Below are positions 31,459 through 44,029 of a stretch of 64,000 nt of DNA, piece by piece (position 1 is the first letter of the stretch; each line of letters opens with the position of its first letter). Source of the DNA: Trypanosoma brucei (taxonomy: Eukaryota). Made by a program: the position numbers and the translations under genes. The notes under the pieces are model-generated. The model did not search any database. It was not told the origin of the DNA and was given only the letters and a program-made list of their open reading frames with translations. The DNA lies in the NCBI GenBank assembly GCA_000002445.1, contig CM000208.1, forward strand, positions 2,560,001 through 2,624,000. Reading direction: 5' to 3'.

Positions 31459-34170
31459 TTATAGATAATGCATTGTTGTCCGCAAGTTGCCCCCCAGCGT
31501 TTTCAAATTGGTGAGCGCAGAATACTTACGCCCATACTCCGCTGCGCACTTCAGGGGGAGGGGTAGCGGAAGCGCATCGGTTTTGTTAGGATATAGAAAG
31601 CACATCCCGTACAGGAGAGCCTGTAGCTCTCCAAGATCGAATCCTTTCCGCTTGGAGACGACATACAGCGTAGAGCGGGCGTGACCAAGGGTGCAATTTG
31701 CGCCGGTGAGAAAGAATGCCTCACCAAATTTTTTGTCCGCACCTTCCGCTGTAACGAAACCGCGTGGGGCGTTGCAGTACATCGTGCGGTCATCAGGGGC
31801 TTGGAAAGCAAAGCGCGAGTGCTGATACCGCTGGCCAGCCACAACCGCCCAGCTGCTTCCCTTGAGCACCTCACTCAGGACGTCGACGTCACTCTTGCGG
31901 GCATCAAGCAATTCTCCCTCCGAGGCACAGCCACGCAGAACCAGGTACGCCGACACAGCATTTCCCTTGCTCGTGAAGTGGCTTTTTGCTTCTTGCACGA
32001 ACTCCCCCATCTTCTTAGATATCACCTCGGATGGAGTTGGGGGCCCCCCCTCAGACATCGATGTCGTGTCACAGTCGCTGCCGTCGGCATACAAGGTCTC
32101 CTTCCTGCCATTCACTTGATAATGGTTGCAGTAGGTCGACCACTGTGTGCCCTTCACGTAGAATGACACGAAAGCAACCGCGAAGAACTCCTGCCTGACG
32201 GCGGAAGACTCCGTTGCAACCGAGCGTTGATCCCTCCCAACATCGGCGGCTATTATTAATATTCCGCCGGATGGGTCAGCCTTCGCTAGCTTCGGACAAA
32301 CTTGGTTCACATCTAGGGTCCAATTGAGGCGACCGGTTTTTGCGCATATTTGTTGCGCAACGGCCATGACAATCGACAACTCACGACCTCCCGTTAGGTC
32401 CTTAGCCACGACTTGGCTAAGGGCACCGCCGCCCGACCATGATGCCTTCCACTCTGCATACGGCTCCCTCTCGGGTCGCCGCAGGAACGTCACACCAAAA
32501 ATGTTCTTCCCCAAGCGGCCCTTCGCCTCTTTCAAGCTTCGAACGGGGATGGAATCCCCGAAATTTAGTGGGGCGCTCATGCCATCAAGGTACTTCTTTA
32601 TATTACCGACGACAACAGTTCCCTGCTTGTTGTTTGTTTCGTCATACAATACGACGTCGACTGTCTGTCGCGCACCGGGGTGCCTAAGGTCTTTGAGCTC
32701 CTTCACGAAACCCTGTTGTGAGCTCTCGCTTTGAGGGTTCACTCGTCGAAAACCGTCACCCTTTGGTATCAATATTTCCGGGGACTTCAGCACCTGACCA
32801 TCCACGGAAACGAAATCCTTTCCAAAGGATATTCCGTACGCCTCCAAGAACTTCACGACCCTCCCCCCTTCGTGTTGGATTAGACGTTCAATGACACGCC
32901 TGAGGCGTTGAACACGATCATCAGGAAATATGGAGCACAGCTGCGGAAGTTGCCTTCGGTCTTGCTCATTCAAGGACATCTCGTGCAGCACCTGAGGTGG
33001 GACAAGCACCACCCGCCGCCCGTCGTTCGTCCGGCACTTAAAAAGTGCTTGCTGTGGCTCAATATGAATCCCGTACCGGTCGCGGAAATACTCCACATAT
33101 GTCTGTGACGGGTTTTGTTTGAGGCCCGCTGCATCGCAGGCCTTATTGTCCGTAATATCAAGGACGGTATACATAGTAGCACGGGATTTGTCCACCACAC
33201 TGTATACCTTTTTCTTAATGAAACGCTCGGCGAGCGCTCGTCGGATACTACCGCGTGCTCGCCTCCTTTCATCCTCCATCGCCGTCAAACAGTCCATGGC
33301 CGACGCCACGGGAAGGGAGACGTCCAGCTGCAGGACATCGTTTTCTTTGCCACGGATTACTGTCGAAAACGCCTTCACAGAAACTGCCTCAAATATAGAG
33401 ATGGTTCCTGTGGCATTTTTTTTTCCGTTTTTCAGGTCTACAAACTTTGTACCGACCTTTTCCTCATAACATTCCTGAACGGCACTACCGATCACGCAGT
33501 TCAACTCCATTGTCCTCTCTTTGGGGTTCAACGAACATGATGTCGCCTGCTTCAGCGTAAGCGTGTATGTGTATGTCACCGTTTTCCCCTTCCCTTTGCG
33601 CGCGTTCACGGTCAATTCGTAATTATATTCCTCCACGGGAAGTCTAGTGGGACATATTATCGATGACCCTGTGCAGACGCACATGTTGACGTCAAATGCG
33701 TCTTCGCTACCGCTTTCCTTTCTCATTTTCAACAACATATTCTTCGATGCGAGCACTTTAACCCTTTCCCTGAGGTCGGGTGCCCCATCTTTCATTTCAA
33801 TGGAAAGGGGGTAAATGAAGGCACATTTCCTCGGGTCGATGTACAGAGGGAGGAGGTTTGTCCATGCCTCCACTGGCCGGTCGTACATCCCGGCTTTCGC
33901 AAACGAAACCACCGCATCCCTCTCACGGGTCTGGCCAGTCCGATACGCCCCGTCACCAAAGCCTCCACCACGTCCACCACGGTATCCACCCTCGCCTCCA
34001 CCACGTCCACCACGGTATCCACCCTCGCCTCCACCACGTCCACCACGGTATCCACCCTCGCCTCCACCACGTCCACCACGGCGTCCACCCTCGCCTCCAC
34101 CACGTCCACCACGGCGTCCACCCTCGCCTCCACCACGTCCACCACGGTATCCACGTTCCCAGTCAGACAT
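31459..34170 (-). CDS. AGO1: Argonaute (PAZ/PIWI) protein with an N-terminal RGG-repeat domain. AGO1-like RNAi effector.
   Basis: The N-terminus has six 11-aa GGRGGGEGGYR repeats (33-bp DNA repeats). The C-terminal half has PIWI-like sequence (...LIIAADVGRDQRS..., ...RSTLYVVSKRKG..., ...PLPLKCAAEYGRKYSAL...). The 903-aa length and RGG+PAZ+PIWI layout match T. brucei AGO1 as I recall it. Confidence 0.75.
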   Translation of the reverse strand: MSDWERGYRGGRGGGEGGRRGGRGGGEGGRRGGRGGGEGGYRGGRGGGEGGYRGGRGGGEGGYRGGRGGGFGDGAYRTGQTRERDAVVSFAKAGMYDRPVEAWTNLLPLYIDPRKCAFIYPLSIEMKDGAPDLRERVKVLASKNMLLKMRKESGSEDAFDVNMCVCTGSSIICPTRLPVEEYNYELTVNARKGKGKTVTYTYTLTLKQATSCSLNPKERTMELNCVIGSAVQECYEEKVGTKFVDLKNGKKNATGTISIFEAVSVKAFSTVIRGKENDVLQLDVSLPVASAMDCLTAMEDERRRARGSIRRALAERFIKKKVYSVVDKSRATMYTVLDITDNKACDAAGLKQNPSQTYVEYFRDRYGIHIEPQQALFKCRTNDGRRVVLVPPQVLHEMSLNEQDRRQLPQLCSIFPDDRVQRLRRVIERLIQHEGGRVVKFLEAYGISFGKDFVSVDGQVLKSPEILIPKGDGFRRVNPQSESSQQGFVKELKDLRHPGARQTVDVVLYDETNNKQGTVVVGNIKKYLDGMSAPLNFGDSIPVRSLKEAKGRLGKNIFGVTFLRRPEREPYAEWKASWSGGGALSQVVAKDLTGGRELSIVMAVAQQICAKTGRLNWTLDVNQVCPKLAKADPSGGILIIAADVGRDQRSVATESSAVRQEFFAVAFVSFYVKGTQWSTYCNHYQVNGRKETLYADGSDCDTTSMSEGGPPTPSEVISKKMGEFVQEAKSHFTSKGNAVSAYLVLRGCASEGELLDARKSDVDVLSEVLKGSSWAVVAGQRYQHSRFAFQAPDDRTMYCNAPRGFVTAEGADKKFGEAFFLTGANCTLGHARSTLYVVSKRKGFDLGELQALLYGMCFLYPNKTDALPLPLPLKCAAEYGRKYSALTNLKTLGGNLRTTMHYL
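33957..34160 (-). repeat. 33-bp tandem repeat (x6) encoding the RGG domain of AGO1.
   Basis: The unit ctcgcctccaccacgtccaccacggtatccacc is repeated almost perfectly. Translation GGRGGGEGGYR. Confidence 0.9.
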
Positions 34171-37100
34171 TTTATTTAAATCCTTTTTATTAAGTTGCTT
34201 GTTTGCTTTTTTAGTTGATGACTGAAAGAGAACAAATAGTTTTTATCCTTTTCGCGTTCAACCTGATTACCCGTTCTGTGTTCAAACAAAAGAAAAGATC
34301 AGGTTGAAAGTTTTTTCTGGTAACTTTTTCCCAACAAATAATGAATACTGCTTTTTCATGCCGTTTTTTCCATAATTGATATCACATGTGAGTAACTCTT
34401 AACTGTATATGTCACTCGAACGTCGGGGTTGCTTACCCTATGAATGTGCGCGCTCTGTCGCCGAGTGCCATCATTTTGCTGCTACGAGTAAGTTTCCAGT
34501 CAGACAACATTACGAAAGTACTGCTCCTTCTCTTTGACTCTAACGTTGAGGCTTCTTCACAGACCCTCGTCTAAAATATCGTACACCTGAAACTACCGCA
34601 TGGGTGACCATATATAATACGAGTGTACAGTTGGCGCAAGAAAGAAATTACCACATAAACGTATCTTATTTCGTAAGACGTCGTTCTTCATAGTAATTAC
34701 TTACATGTCAGCCTTGCCATGCGTCAAAAACTGTGCATCCAACTTCTGTCGTCAACTTACCTTGTAATAAGGGTACCAATACATTGTATCCTTGTACAAT
34801 AAGGCCACTAAGTGCAGACCCAAGACTCGAATATGAATAATAAGGGATGAACAGAGCCTACCTGAGTATACTGAGGAACAGTAGCCTTCTAGAAAATACC
34901 TAGGTTACCGTAAAGGTATCAGCACGGCACTTCTATATTGTTCAGTCCAAATATATACCCCTATGACGTTATCACATCAAAGACACGCCCGACGGGGCGC
35001 TACACAGGGTCATCGTACTCATCTTTGAAGAGTGCTAATAACGTAAGTGTAAGGCAATAAACACGCACTTCACAATTATTGCGTGTTTAAACCACCAGTA
35101 TTCCCCGGTGTTTTCCCCGCCCTTCGTTGCCAGTGAATTGAAAGCAATTGTACTGCGTGCTGTTCCTATATTAGTATGTCATTATTGGGATAAGATCTTC
35201 ATAACGAAATCCAAACAATAAGCATTAGTACTCCCAAAACAGCATGCCGAACAAATTGTTAAGGAACAGAAAAGGTCGCATAAATAGTTTTCGAAAAATA
35301 ACAACAGCAATGATATGAAGCGACGTTATCAGTTACGGTGTAAATCTGTCAGTAACAGCTCAAGTGACCCCCGATTACTTGTGCGACGTATCCAACGCCA
35401 ATACTACGGTAACGTAATAGCTAAAATTATTGTGTTCACAACTTTTTCCACCTTTAGATGTTGTACTTGAATGCTTTCAACAATACCGAATAAAAGTATT
35501 TTGAACAACAGAAAAACAGTATAGATAACCATGTCATCGGAAGAGAAGCAGCGATAATCAGTAACAAAATGGACTTGCGACTCCTAACAGAACACTGCGG
35601 CTGGTTAACGGATCCAGTAGTTAAATCAATGCGGGGTACAACAAAGATTTCTTCTAACCACTAACACGATTGTAATGAAAAATAAACAAAAATGTTTCCA
35701 ACGAAAGATGTGAAAAGGAAAAATTCTCAATACCTAATAGGACCATTGAAACACAAGCTCACCATCAAATTCCACGGACTCATAATTCTTAGCATCATTA
35801 GAAGTGATCGATTACACCGTGGACAGCCTGGCAAACATGAAGGGAAAACTGTCCTCCATTCCTTTGTTCTGCCAACCCCCACCTGCCCACAAATACGAAT
35901 ACAACAAAAACCATTAACCGCACACCTCACCGGCGCAACCCGTATGATTCTCGTTGTGAAGAAAACCATCTTCCGCCAAAACAAAGTAACCGATCCCCCG
36001 TGACGGCCGCAAATTACGGGACCGTTTTATCAACTAATCAACCTACGCTTTCAAACAAAACACTCGTAAACAGCAATCACCAAAGCAGGCACTAATATAT
36101 ATATATATATATAGACAGCATGACAGGAGGTTATTAAAATGGCATCACAGTCTCACGAAGCCCTTTTAAGGGAGTGGACAAAAATATACGCATTGTGAGC
36201 CCCCTTTGCCACTAGTAATCCCACACTGCTAAAAAAGTGGAAAACAGTTCGTCACGAGTTGGAGGGAAAGGGGAATTGTCCTTCCCACATGCGTAGCCTA
36301 TACCGGCGACAAAACAATGGGGAGGAAGCAATGTCAAGTTTGTTTAAAACATCCACGGGGGACGTTGTAGCACCCACCCTAAAGGGAATACTGGTAACTA
36401 TGATTTAAAAAAACTCAAGAAGCACCAAGCAGTCACTGGTCACATGTAAATAGTAAGTTCCTAACCTTTTACACCGTATGTCCTCAGCAACCCAATGTCC
36501 CTTTAACAACAGTAAGGTAGAGAAAATCAATAACCAGACAGCTATTTATCATTTTACTTTTGAAAAAATGTGGAGATATGATAATAAGTTCACCAAATGA
36601 TTTAACTATAATTGATATTCCAGATTATTTTTAAATTTGACTCCCAAAGACTCGACTACATGGAGACACATATGTGCAAACGGGCAAATTCCGGGAGATG
36701 CAAACTTCTGTATAAATTTTTGTGATGATTGCTGTAACAATGCTGATGTTCGATGCTTGTGCTATCTCCCTTCGTTCATTTCCAGAGCACAGATCGCAGA
36801 CGGAATGTTCCCTTTATAAACGATACGTTGGCACTACAAGGTACCACAATGGAACATCAACAGGATACTGGTAAAAAACGCAAACGAAAAACGAAAAGTC
36901 ACGGTGGTACGCCCTCCCGTACAAGGCAAACTGGTAGGGGCCTTGAGCAGCCGTTTATACCGTGTATTTGAACCCACAAGCGTACATTGCTAAAATATTA
37001 ACAAGATTAAGCGTCAATGCGGTGAAATCCAGAACCCCTCACAAAGTTGAACCCAGCACTGTCGTAAAGTCCATGCCCTTCAATAAGCATTCATATATTT

Positions 37101-38839
37101 CATGGGCCACAGGGGAGTTAGGACAACAGCAGTCGGCACACAGCAATCAAAGCACGGGCTGTGACAGTGAAGAGAGTGATATACCTGGTGGATCGCATAC
37201 CATCCATGCAAAACGTGGCCTAGGCACAGGAATACTAGACAAAATAAAGCAAAGTTATAAAACTTGCCGGAAGTAGCACAGTGATAATGACAGTACACTC
37301 TCGGGGAAAATATTCACACCAGACAATTTGAAAGCGAACTCCAAGCAACAATGTTCTCATTACATAGATATCAGGCTGCGGGGGTGACATACCGGCAACG
37401 CAATTTTAAAAAAATAGAACAGATGAAAAATATTTAACAAACGACAAAAAACATACAGAAAACAAGTTTCCTATTTTGAGAATTAATATATTTCCCGTTC
37501 AAAACACGCAAAGCCAATTCCGAAAATGGAGCGGCAAAAAAAAAAAATGGAAAATACCTCTCAGGTATCCGGAGCCAAACCACGGCATGTACTCAGTATG
37601 TAAGATGCGTAAATAGCTTTACACGATCGAAATTTGGCAATGCTGTTGTTTTGACTCTATGTAGAAGCGGTCATGTCACAGCAACGGTCAAAAATACTCC
37701 GCGAAACCGATGACCACCAGAACCTCTAAGTGGATTCTGGAAAACAAAAACAAAATCGCCGATTTAAAATAAAAGATGCCCTTTTCGAAATTTTGTTCTA
37801 AAGGCTGCCTGTATCGAGTGAACGGATTTTGTGGCGAGGCTCTTCCCCTTTAGCAGTTCCTTCATAAGCACTCGCGTAGCAAATATCTTAACAGTAGAAT
37901 AATAATGCGTTACCTTCAGAAAGCACAGAAATACTTCATTACCGGGCTCAGAAGGAGATTGCAATTCCACTGAAACCCTTTAGCGGATCCGTAACAAAGA
38001 ATTCGGCGTCTTCCCCTACAACCCCAAAAACGATAACGCAGCACGCCACTATAGTTGCACACCCCCAAAAGGAAGGAAATGACTCTTTCTCCCAAATGAA
38101 TAGGGGAACATGGCTTTACCGGTAATATGCTTCCGAAAATACGGCAAACCAGCATAGACATTTGCTGACACAACACCTCACACAAGGGTAGTCATATGCT
38201 GCGCACCAAAGTGTGCCCCTATGCCGCGACGTTTTAGAATCTTAATTCACTCCGTGCGCACTTCGGTAGCTCAATATTCCAGTGTTTACTCTAAAACAGA
38301 GCTAGCTTCTACAGCAAAGCCAGTCTCCCGTCAGACAGCAAGAAGCCAGAGCAATGCGTTGACGAGAAAACGATGCAAATTTCCTTACACCGACCGATAG
38401 TTTTTTTCGGTAGGATAAAAAAAACTGGTAATATTAAATGGTTCCAGCTTATATTAATGCAGCCCTTCCAAGGCCTTCTCCAACTAAAATATATACAGCC
38501 AATTCTCAAAAAATAGGAGAGGAAACGCAGTGACTCCGTTACTTAACTGCGTATCGAGACGGCTGCGTTGATGGTATCGACAAATGGGTTAACGAAAACC
38601 CCACCACGAGCAACGATCAGCACCGTTGTCACAAACGAAGAATAGCAAAACACATTCATATGAAGAAACCCACGTATCCCACCCGGAACATTTGTCGAGG
38701 GGCAGAGCAACGATAAAACCAACTGTTAGTGACGCCTTGTGTAAAGTGGTTTCGTCATTGTGTTGAAAACAATAAACAGTTGGAAGAAACCAGTATATGA
38801 GAGCGGTAACGCACTCACGACGTATCAGCTAAATAGGGA

Positions 38840-39372
38840 AATGACGATAAACGCAAGGTGATGGCGTTCTCTGCCGCCAACTAACCACAAACCGTTACGC
38901 TTAAGGGGGTGGGCGCACACATACACACACCTCAGCCAGTGAGGTAAACGGGAAATCACTACGTGACACAACGCCAATGAGAGAAAGGGGAATAAGCCCT
39001 GAGGTACAGCTCGCCACTCGCGGTGCACTCGAGGGCGCTGACTTAACACCACACAATCTTTGAAACCGCCTCCTCCTAGACTACAGGAAAGATACCGCGC
39101 ATACCGGTGGTACCAGCGCATAAATGTCCCCATATCACCAGCCACATAGTGACACGACTTTAAGGTTTGCTGAAAAATGCACCTAGCCAGCCTGACTGGG
39201 TGCTGTAATGAAAGTAACTAGGTAGCAATCTTTGCTGGAAATGAAATAGCACGCTCCTAGCAGACAGATGGAGAAAGCAAACAACATTATCCACAACATC
39301 GCAACCTTTCAACTTCCGCTCCGGCTCAGAAAAATGGTACCCTACATGCTTCGACATCAAAGGGCGAAACGA
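38840..39372. repeat. 533-bp dispersed repeat, copy B. It lies inside the 12-kb gene-free region.
   Basis: Same orientation as copy A, which is 17 kb away. The flanking sequence is unrelated. No poly(A) tail or target-site duplication is evident. Confidence 0.9.
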
Positions 39373-41281
39373 CGTACGCCACGCGGCGCAGTCGGCAAGA
39401 GAATCTTTGGCGCTACCCCGCAGCCCCTCGCCACTCTGGAACCTTCGCAGCGCCGTGCTAAGTGGAAGTGCACTGGCAGGCCCCTTTCCCCCCTCTCGGG
39501 GATCAAGCACCAACAAGTGGAAGGAGGTCGGCAGCCCGCACTCCGCCCCCCACCCCTCTCCCTCGTGCAGGCACTTGGAACGCTTACTGAACTATGCCGT
39601 TGCCCTCCTGTTAAGAGTGGGGTGGTCTTTCAACCAATTCAACGTTCACCACCTTCCCACACCCCAGAGGGTATTAGGTGCGAAGATCAGCCGATACCAG
39701 CCGCGCCGCCAAGTGGCACACGTGTCAGCTATGTTTTCCGGACTGATTTCGTTCCTTTTGCGTTCGTTTTTGGTGTTTGACTCTTCGACTTGTAGAAAGG
39801 CCTCTTACGTAGCAGGATCCCTCCGCACACCCGGTGGTCGCGGAACACAGGCACAACGTCTCTGCCGCAGATCCCAAAGGCGATAATTTTCTGATTTATC
39901 ACTTTGTCAACGCGCCCTGTTTGTCTGCAAATGGACACGCACTCGTACCGACACTTTGAGCATCCCCCTAGTTCTCAGTACTATTTCCTCCGAGAAAGGA
40001 TAACTATGAATGCTTCTGCCGCGGTTAGTTTGTGGCTGGTCTCCACGTTGCTGGCCTTTGGCAAGGAGTGTTAGCCCCCTCTTGACCCAGCCACGAACCC
40101 ACAATGCACACCCTGCGCTAGGCTTGGTTATGCACCTACGCTTGCGTCGAAAGGACCCTTGTGTGCCACTGTGCGGGAGCTGTATGTTTCGTTGTTTGTG
40201 GCTTATCTACTCCTATGTTGTCTTTTGGCTGGGTCAATCCGCATTTGGATTGCATTGCTTTACCGTTAGTGACGGGGTCTTTCTTTGGCCGCATTTTCAT
40301 CCAAGAAAATCCGAATTTGACTGCATTTTCCTCCGCGAGACCCACTGAGCCATTTCTTTCAGTCAGAAAGAGTTTTTGACTACGGCGCTTCGTCAGCACG
40401 CGAAAGTTGACGCCACACCAGCCCTTTCCGCCCGTGGAACAAACAATGTGCGGACCCCACATCCCAGGGATGTTCCACCCGTTGTTCTTCGAATAATTGA
40501 GTGCCTCTGGACTCCGATTGTTCTGGCGCTACGGAGGGATCGGTCACCAAGTTGGCGCATGTCATTACTAAGTGGCGTATGGGATGGTGTTGCCTCGGCG
40601 TTCCCTCGTCGGCTCCACCGGCTGCTGAGTGGCAAGGCTGAACTACGGCCCGCCTGCTAACTTTGCGGGCCGATCTTATCAAGTATGCCCATTTCGAAGC
40701 GTTTCTCTTGCCGCCTTCGGGAATCGAGCAGAGTCATATGAAGGCGTCCGCACCTGCGCTGCGGGGTGGTTCCGTTCAGCATTTGTTTGTGGGGACACTT
40801 ATCCTCTTTTCCATTTCGGCCACCTCTTCCCCCGTAGAGAGGGACTGCTGGCGACGTCCTGCCCGACGTCCTGCCCGACGTCCTGCACCCCATCGTTTCA
40901 CTTCTAATAATAGTTACAAAAGTGTGTGTCTGTACGGCAGTGCATATTTCTCCAGTCCCCAATCGCTTCGGTTGCTTTTACTCTTCTGAAGCACGGTTCA
41001 GAGGCGGTTGCTCAGTGCACTTCCATGGAAATAGCGCGCACAGACAGGATATCAGTTGTTTGTCTGAGCTGACGCGGGCATGAAACAGTATCATGCGGTG
41101 CCTTTTGACGGTAGTGACCAAATGTGTCAAGGCCAGCCTCGGGGAATCGTTTTGCTGTTCCTGTTGTGGCTCCTACTTTCCGTGGGGAGGGTAAGCGGAA
41201 GCGAACGTGTCAGTTCAAGGAATTGGAGAAGGTGCACTGTTACGCGGACAAATTCACGTCCGGGAATACTCCAACTAACAA

Positions 41282-41381
<100 letters not shown>

Positions 41382-43415
41382 CTAACCCTTTTTCCCCCTG
41401 CCATGTGCCACACTGACAAAAGGGAGGGAGGGGAACTGTTAAACGGCAACCTTGACTAGGTTTAAGCCCCGAATTTCGCGTCGCCTATTCGCTACGCGCG
41501 ACTACTGTGTGTGTTAGAATTATCGTATTCTTTGTTCATTAATTACTTTTTTTTTTCTGCCTGTGTGTAGAGGATTTTTCGTGCGTTATGAGGGACGGTT
41601 CAGTGAAATGCACTTTCGATTGTTCTGTCGTCGCCGACATTTTTGTCTTCATCGGTGAGGTGTTTTTACCTAATTGGTTGCCCTACTGGTTCCTATATAA
41701 TGCGATGCCGCCCATGAAATATTGTGCTCTTTTCATATTTTTTTAACGTTAATCTTTTGCGACCTTTGCGAAGAACAAGAGCAACTTCTAATGGTAAACA
41801 GAACGATTCCACAACAAAGAAAAGGAAATACAAATAGGCGTAAAAGTTTGATTTCTGTAAGAGAACCAAAAAAAAACACAGAAAGAAAAGGGTGTAAAAA
41901 CAACTGATGTAAGAAAGAGAGAGAAATCTGCAGCAAGTACTGAGGGGGGTAATGGGGGAAAAAACGGAGACGACGCGCCGGCATTTCGAACCTCCTTTGA
42001 GTTTGCGGTTGCTTACGTGTGTGTGTGTGTGTCCCGTTTGCCTACACTCCCCGCCCCCGGGTGCGTAAATAAGGCGACCCCCCCCCCGTCCCTACATCAG
42101 CGAACTGCGCAGGAAGAACCCATGTATATACTTCTCCTCCTTACTGGTTGTGGATGAAAGGATCGTCACCTCTCAGGTTTGCATTGCGCAAGATCGTACC
42201 AGCTTGACGCCTTTCCGAGTGTGCATTGCATGTGCCAAATTACCCTTACGGTGCGGACCGTCGCGTTTGGGGCGAGATTCCTGTAGGCGTCTTGTGAAAA
42301 AGCTGGCCCCGTCCAAGTGTTCGACGGCGCGTCCCGTAATACGACAAATGTGAACAGAAGGGAAGGCTACCGGTAGTGGCCGGGTTCGTGAACCATTAGG
42401 AGTCGTTCCTGAAAATGGCGCGCCAGCGCAGCAACCCATTCACTAGAGGTTTGGATGAATGAAGAACTCTACCTGTACAGGGGTTGTGGATTTAGTGTGT
42501 GACAACATAACTCTCCAACGGCAGTTGACACATAAAACTCAGTTCCTCGTAAATGGCAGCTGCGCAAGGTGCTCCCCTTAATTCGCCGCTTGTGTGATGC
42601 GCTTTGCGGCATCAAACCAATAATGGGGGGAAATGTATTTTCCGTCCTGTATATGGACCCGTTTTTAAGTAAGGATGAACTTTTTAAGGTGCGAAACACC
42701 GGCGTAAATTTCCTCTCTATGACTCCAACATCCTCCAAGCTTCCTCGGATCACTTGGTGTGGGAGCATGGCCCCTAACCTCTTTGCAAAGCTCGGCCAAA
42801 ATGTATGGCCTTGCGTTGCTTCATCTCCGGATGATTCGTGTAAAAAGAAATCTGCGTGTCTTCTATAGGGTTGAAATCAGTTAATCTCCTTGATTCGTGT
42901 CCAGGCGTACGTGTGTGTGTGTGGATTAAAAGCGGCTGTTCATGCGTATGCTTTTTCTTTTTCAAATTAAGGAAGAAAGGGGAAGACATTTTTTAAAACC
43001 ACGCGGAGAAGCGGTGAAATACTAGAAAAAGGCTCCTCCGTTCCACAAAAGTTTGTTGCATATTTTAATGCAATCAGAAAACTGGTGTATCAGTGGTGTG
43101 GAAATCAACCATCAGCATTCCAAACCAAAGATCCGCATCCTTGCAAGTTGTGGTGCCGATTTTGACGCAGCATTCCATCGGACTGCCTTTTTTCTTTTCC
43201 TAACGCACCACTTACCAATTTCCAAAGGTAAAAAAACCACAAAAAATCAAATGGCTGCTAAAAGGGCTTTAACTCCGACTTGTTTGCTTTATCGTGGCAA
43301 AACACGAACAAGCAACACGGTGTCAGTCATCGGAAAGGTGTTGCCAGCGACGGCGCCACTCCGACAGAAACGAAGCAGTAGCGGCTCGTTAGGCAGAGAC
43401 GCTCTGGCGCTCGGT

Positions 43416-43488
43416 TCCTCCCTGGCGCAGTCGGCAGCGCGTTAGGCTGTTAACCTACAGGTCGTTGGTTCGAATCCAACGGGAGGAG
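43416..43488 (+). tRNA. tRNA-Asn (anticodon GTT)
   Basis: Hand-folded cloverleaf. Acceptor TCCTCCC pairs with GGGAGGA. D-arm GCGC/AGTCGGCA/GCGC. Anticodon stem TTAGG/CCTAC around loop CTGTTAA. T-arm GTTGG/TTCGAAT/CCAAC. Discriminator G. Followed by a TTTTT Pol III terminator. Confidence 0.8.
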
Positions 43489-43556
43489 TCTTTTTGCTGC
43501 CCACCTCCGAAAATTCTGGAGGTCACTTTCGCTATAAAGGAAGAACTGAAGCTGTT

Positions 43557-43628
43557 GCAAAAACAGTGGACGAGTAGGGGTTTGAACCCTAGGCCTCCTG
43601 TATGCAAAACAGGCGCTCTACCACTGAG
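43557..43628 (-). tRNA. tRNA-Ala (anticodon TGC)
   Basis: The revcomp reads GGGCGTGTAGCTCAGTGGTAGAGCGCCTGTTTTGCATACAGGAGGCCTAGGGTTCAAACCCCTACTCGTCCA. It has a G3:U70 Ala identity pair, anticodon loop TTTGCAT, and a T-loop TTCAAAC. A downstream TTTTT terminator lies on the minus strand. Confidence 0.85.
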
Positions 43629-43740
43629 CTACACGCCCTTCAACACGGCTAAATCCGTAATATCACATGAGGTTGTTTAGCAACCGTTGTGTACCATCAC
43701 GTAAAGTGGTGTGCTGTGATTGGCGAGAGGGCGTGGCGGT

Positions 43741-43813
43741 GCTCCAGTGGCCTAATGGATATGGCTTTGGACTTCTAATCCAAAGGTTGCGGGTTCGAGT
43801 CCCGTCTGGAGTA
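43741..43813 (+). tRNA. tRNA-Arg (anticodon TCT)
   Basis: Acceptor GCTCCAG pairs with CTGGAGT (G1:U72). D-arm GCCT/AATGGATA. Anticodon stem TTGGA/TCCAA with loop CTTCTAA. T-arm GCGGG/TTCGAGT/CCCGT. TTTT terminator downstream. Confidence 0.75.
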
Positions 43814-43871
43814 CGTTTTCGTGTCCAAAATTATTTCATATTTGTTCGTTTCTAGTTGTTTGCCGGAGAGC

Positions 43872-43943
43872 AGCCTTCCTAGCTCAGTGGTAGAGCGCAC
43901 GGCTTTTAACCGTGTGGTCGTGGGTTCGATCCCCACGGAAGGC
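43872..43943 (+). tRNA. tRNA-Lys (anticodon TTT)
   Basis: GCCTTCCTAGCTCAGTGGTAGAGCGCACGGCTTTTAACCGTGTGGTCGTGGGTTCGATCCCCACGGAAGGCG. Perfect 7-bp acceptor. Anticodon stem CACGG/CCGTG with loop CTTTTAA. T-loop TTCGATC. T-run downstream. Confidence 0.85.
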
Positions 43944-44029
43944 GCTTTTCTACACTGCCGCTTAAGCTAATTTCTTTGCTGGGTACGACATGTAAGCGTT
44001 AGAGGCTTGCTTGGAGGAGGGTTGGCGGT

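Noticed and set aside
33815-34225. ORFs encoding PRPPRYPPSPPP or HHVHHGIHPRL repeats (33815..34225 +, 33858..34193 +, 33792..34154 -).
   Set aside because: They are alternative frames or the antisense of the AGO1 RGG-repeat DNA, so they are repeat artefacts.
38825-39516. ORFs 38825..39145 and 39160..39516 (minus), duplicated at 21815..22171 and 22186..22386. I considered them as paralogous small genes.
   Set aside because: They lie inside the 533-bp dispersed repeat. I see no recognisable motif, no start context and the reading frame is interrupted, so they are more likely non-coding repeat sequence. The repeat itself is reported instead.
42350-42480. Possible 7SL/SRP-RNA-like structured sequence (ggtagtggccgggttcgtgaacc...cagcgcagcaacc) about 1 kb from the tRNAs.
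   Set aside because: I could not recognise conserved Alu- or S-domain motifs by eye. Without a covariance-model search this is unsupported, so it is not annotated.
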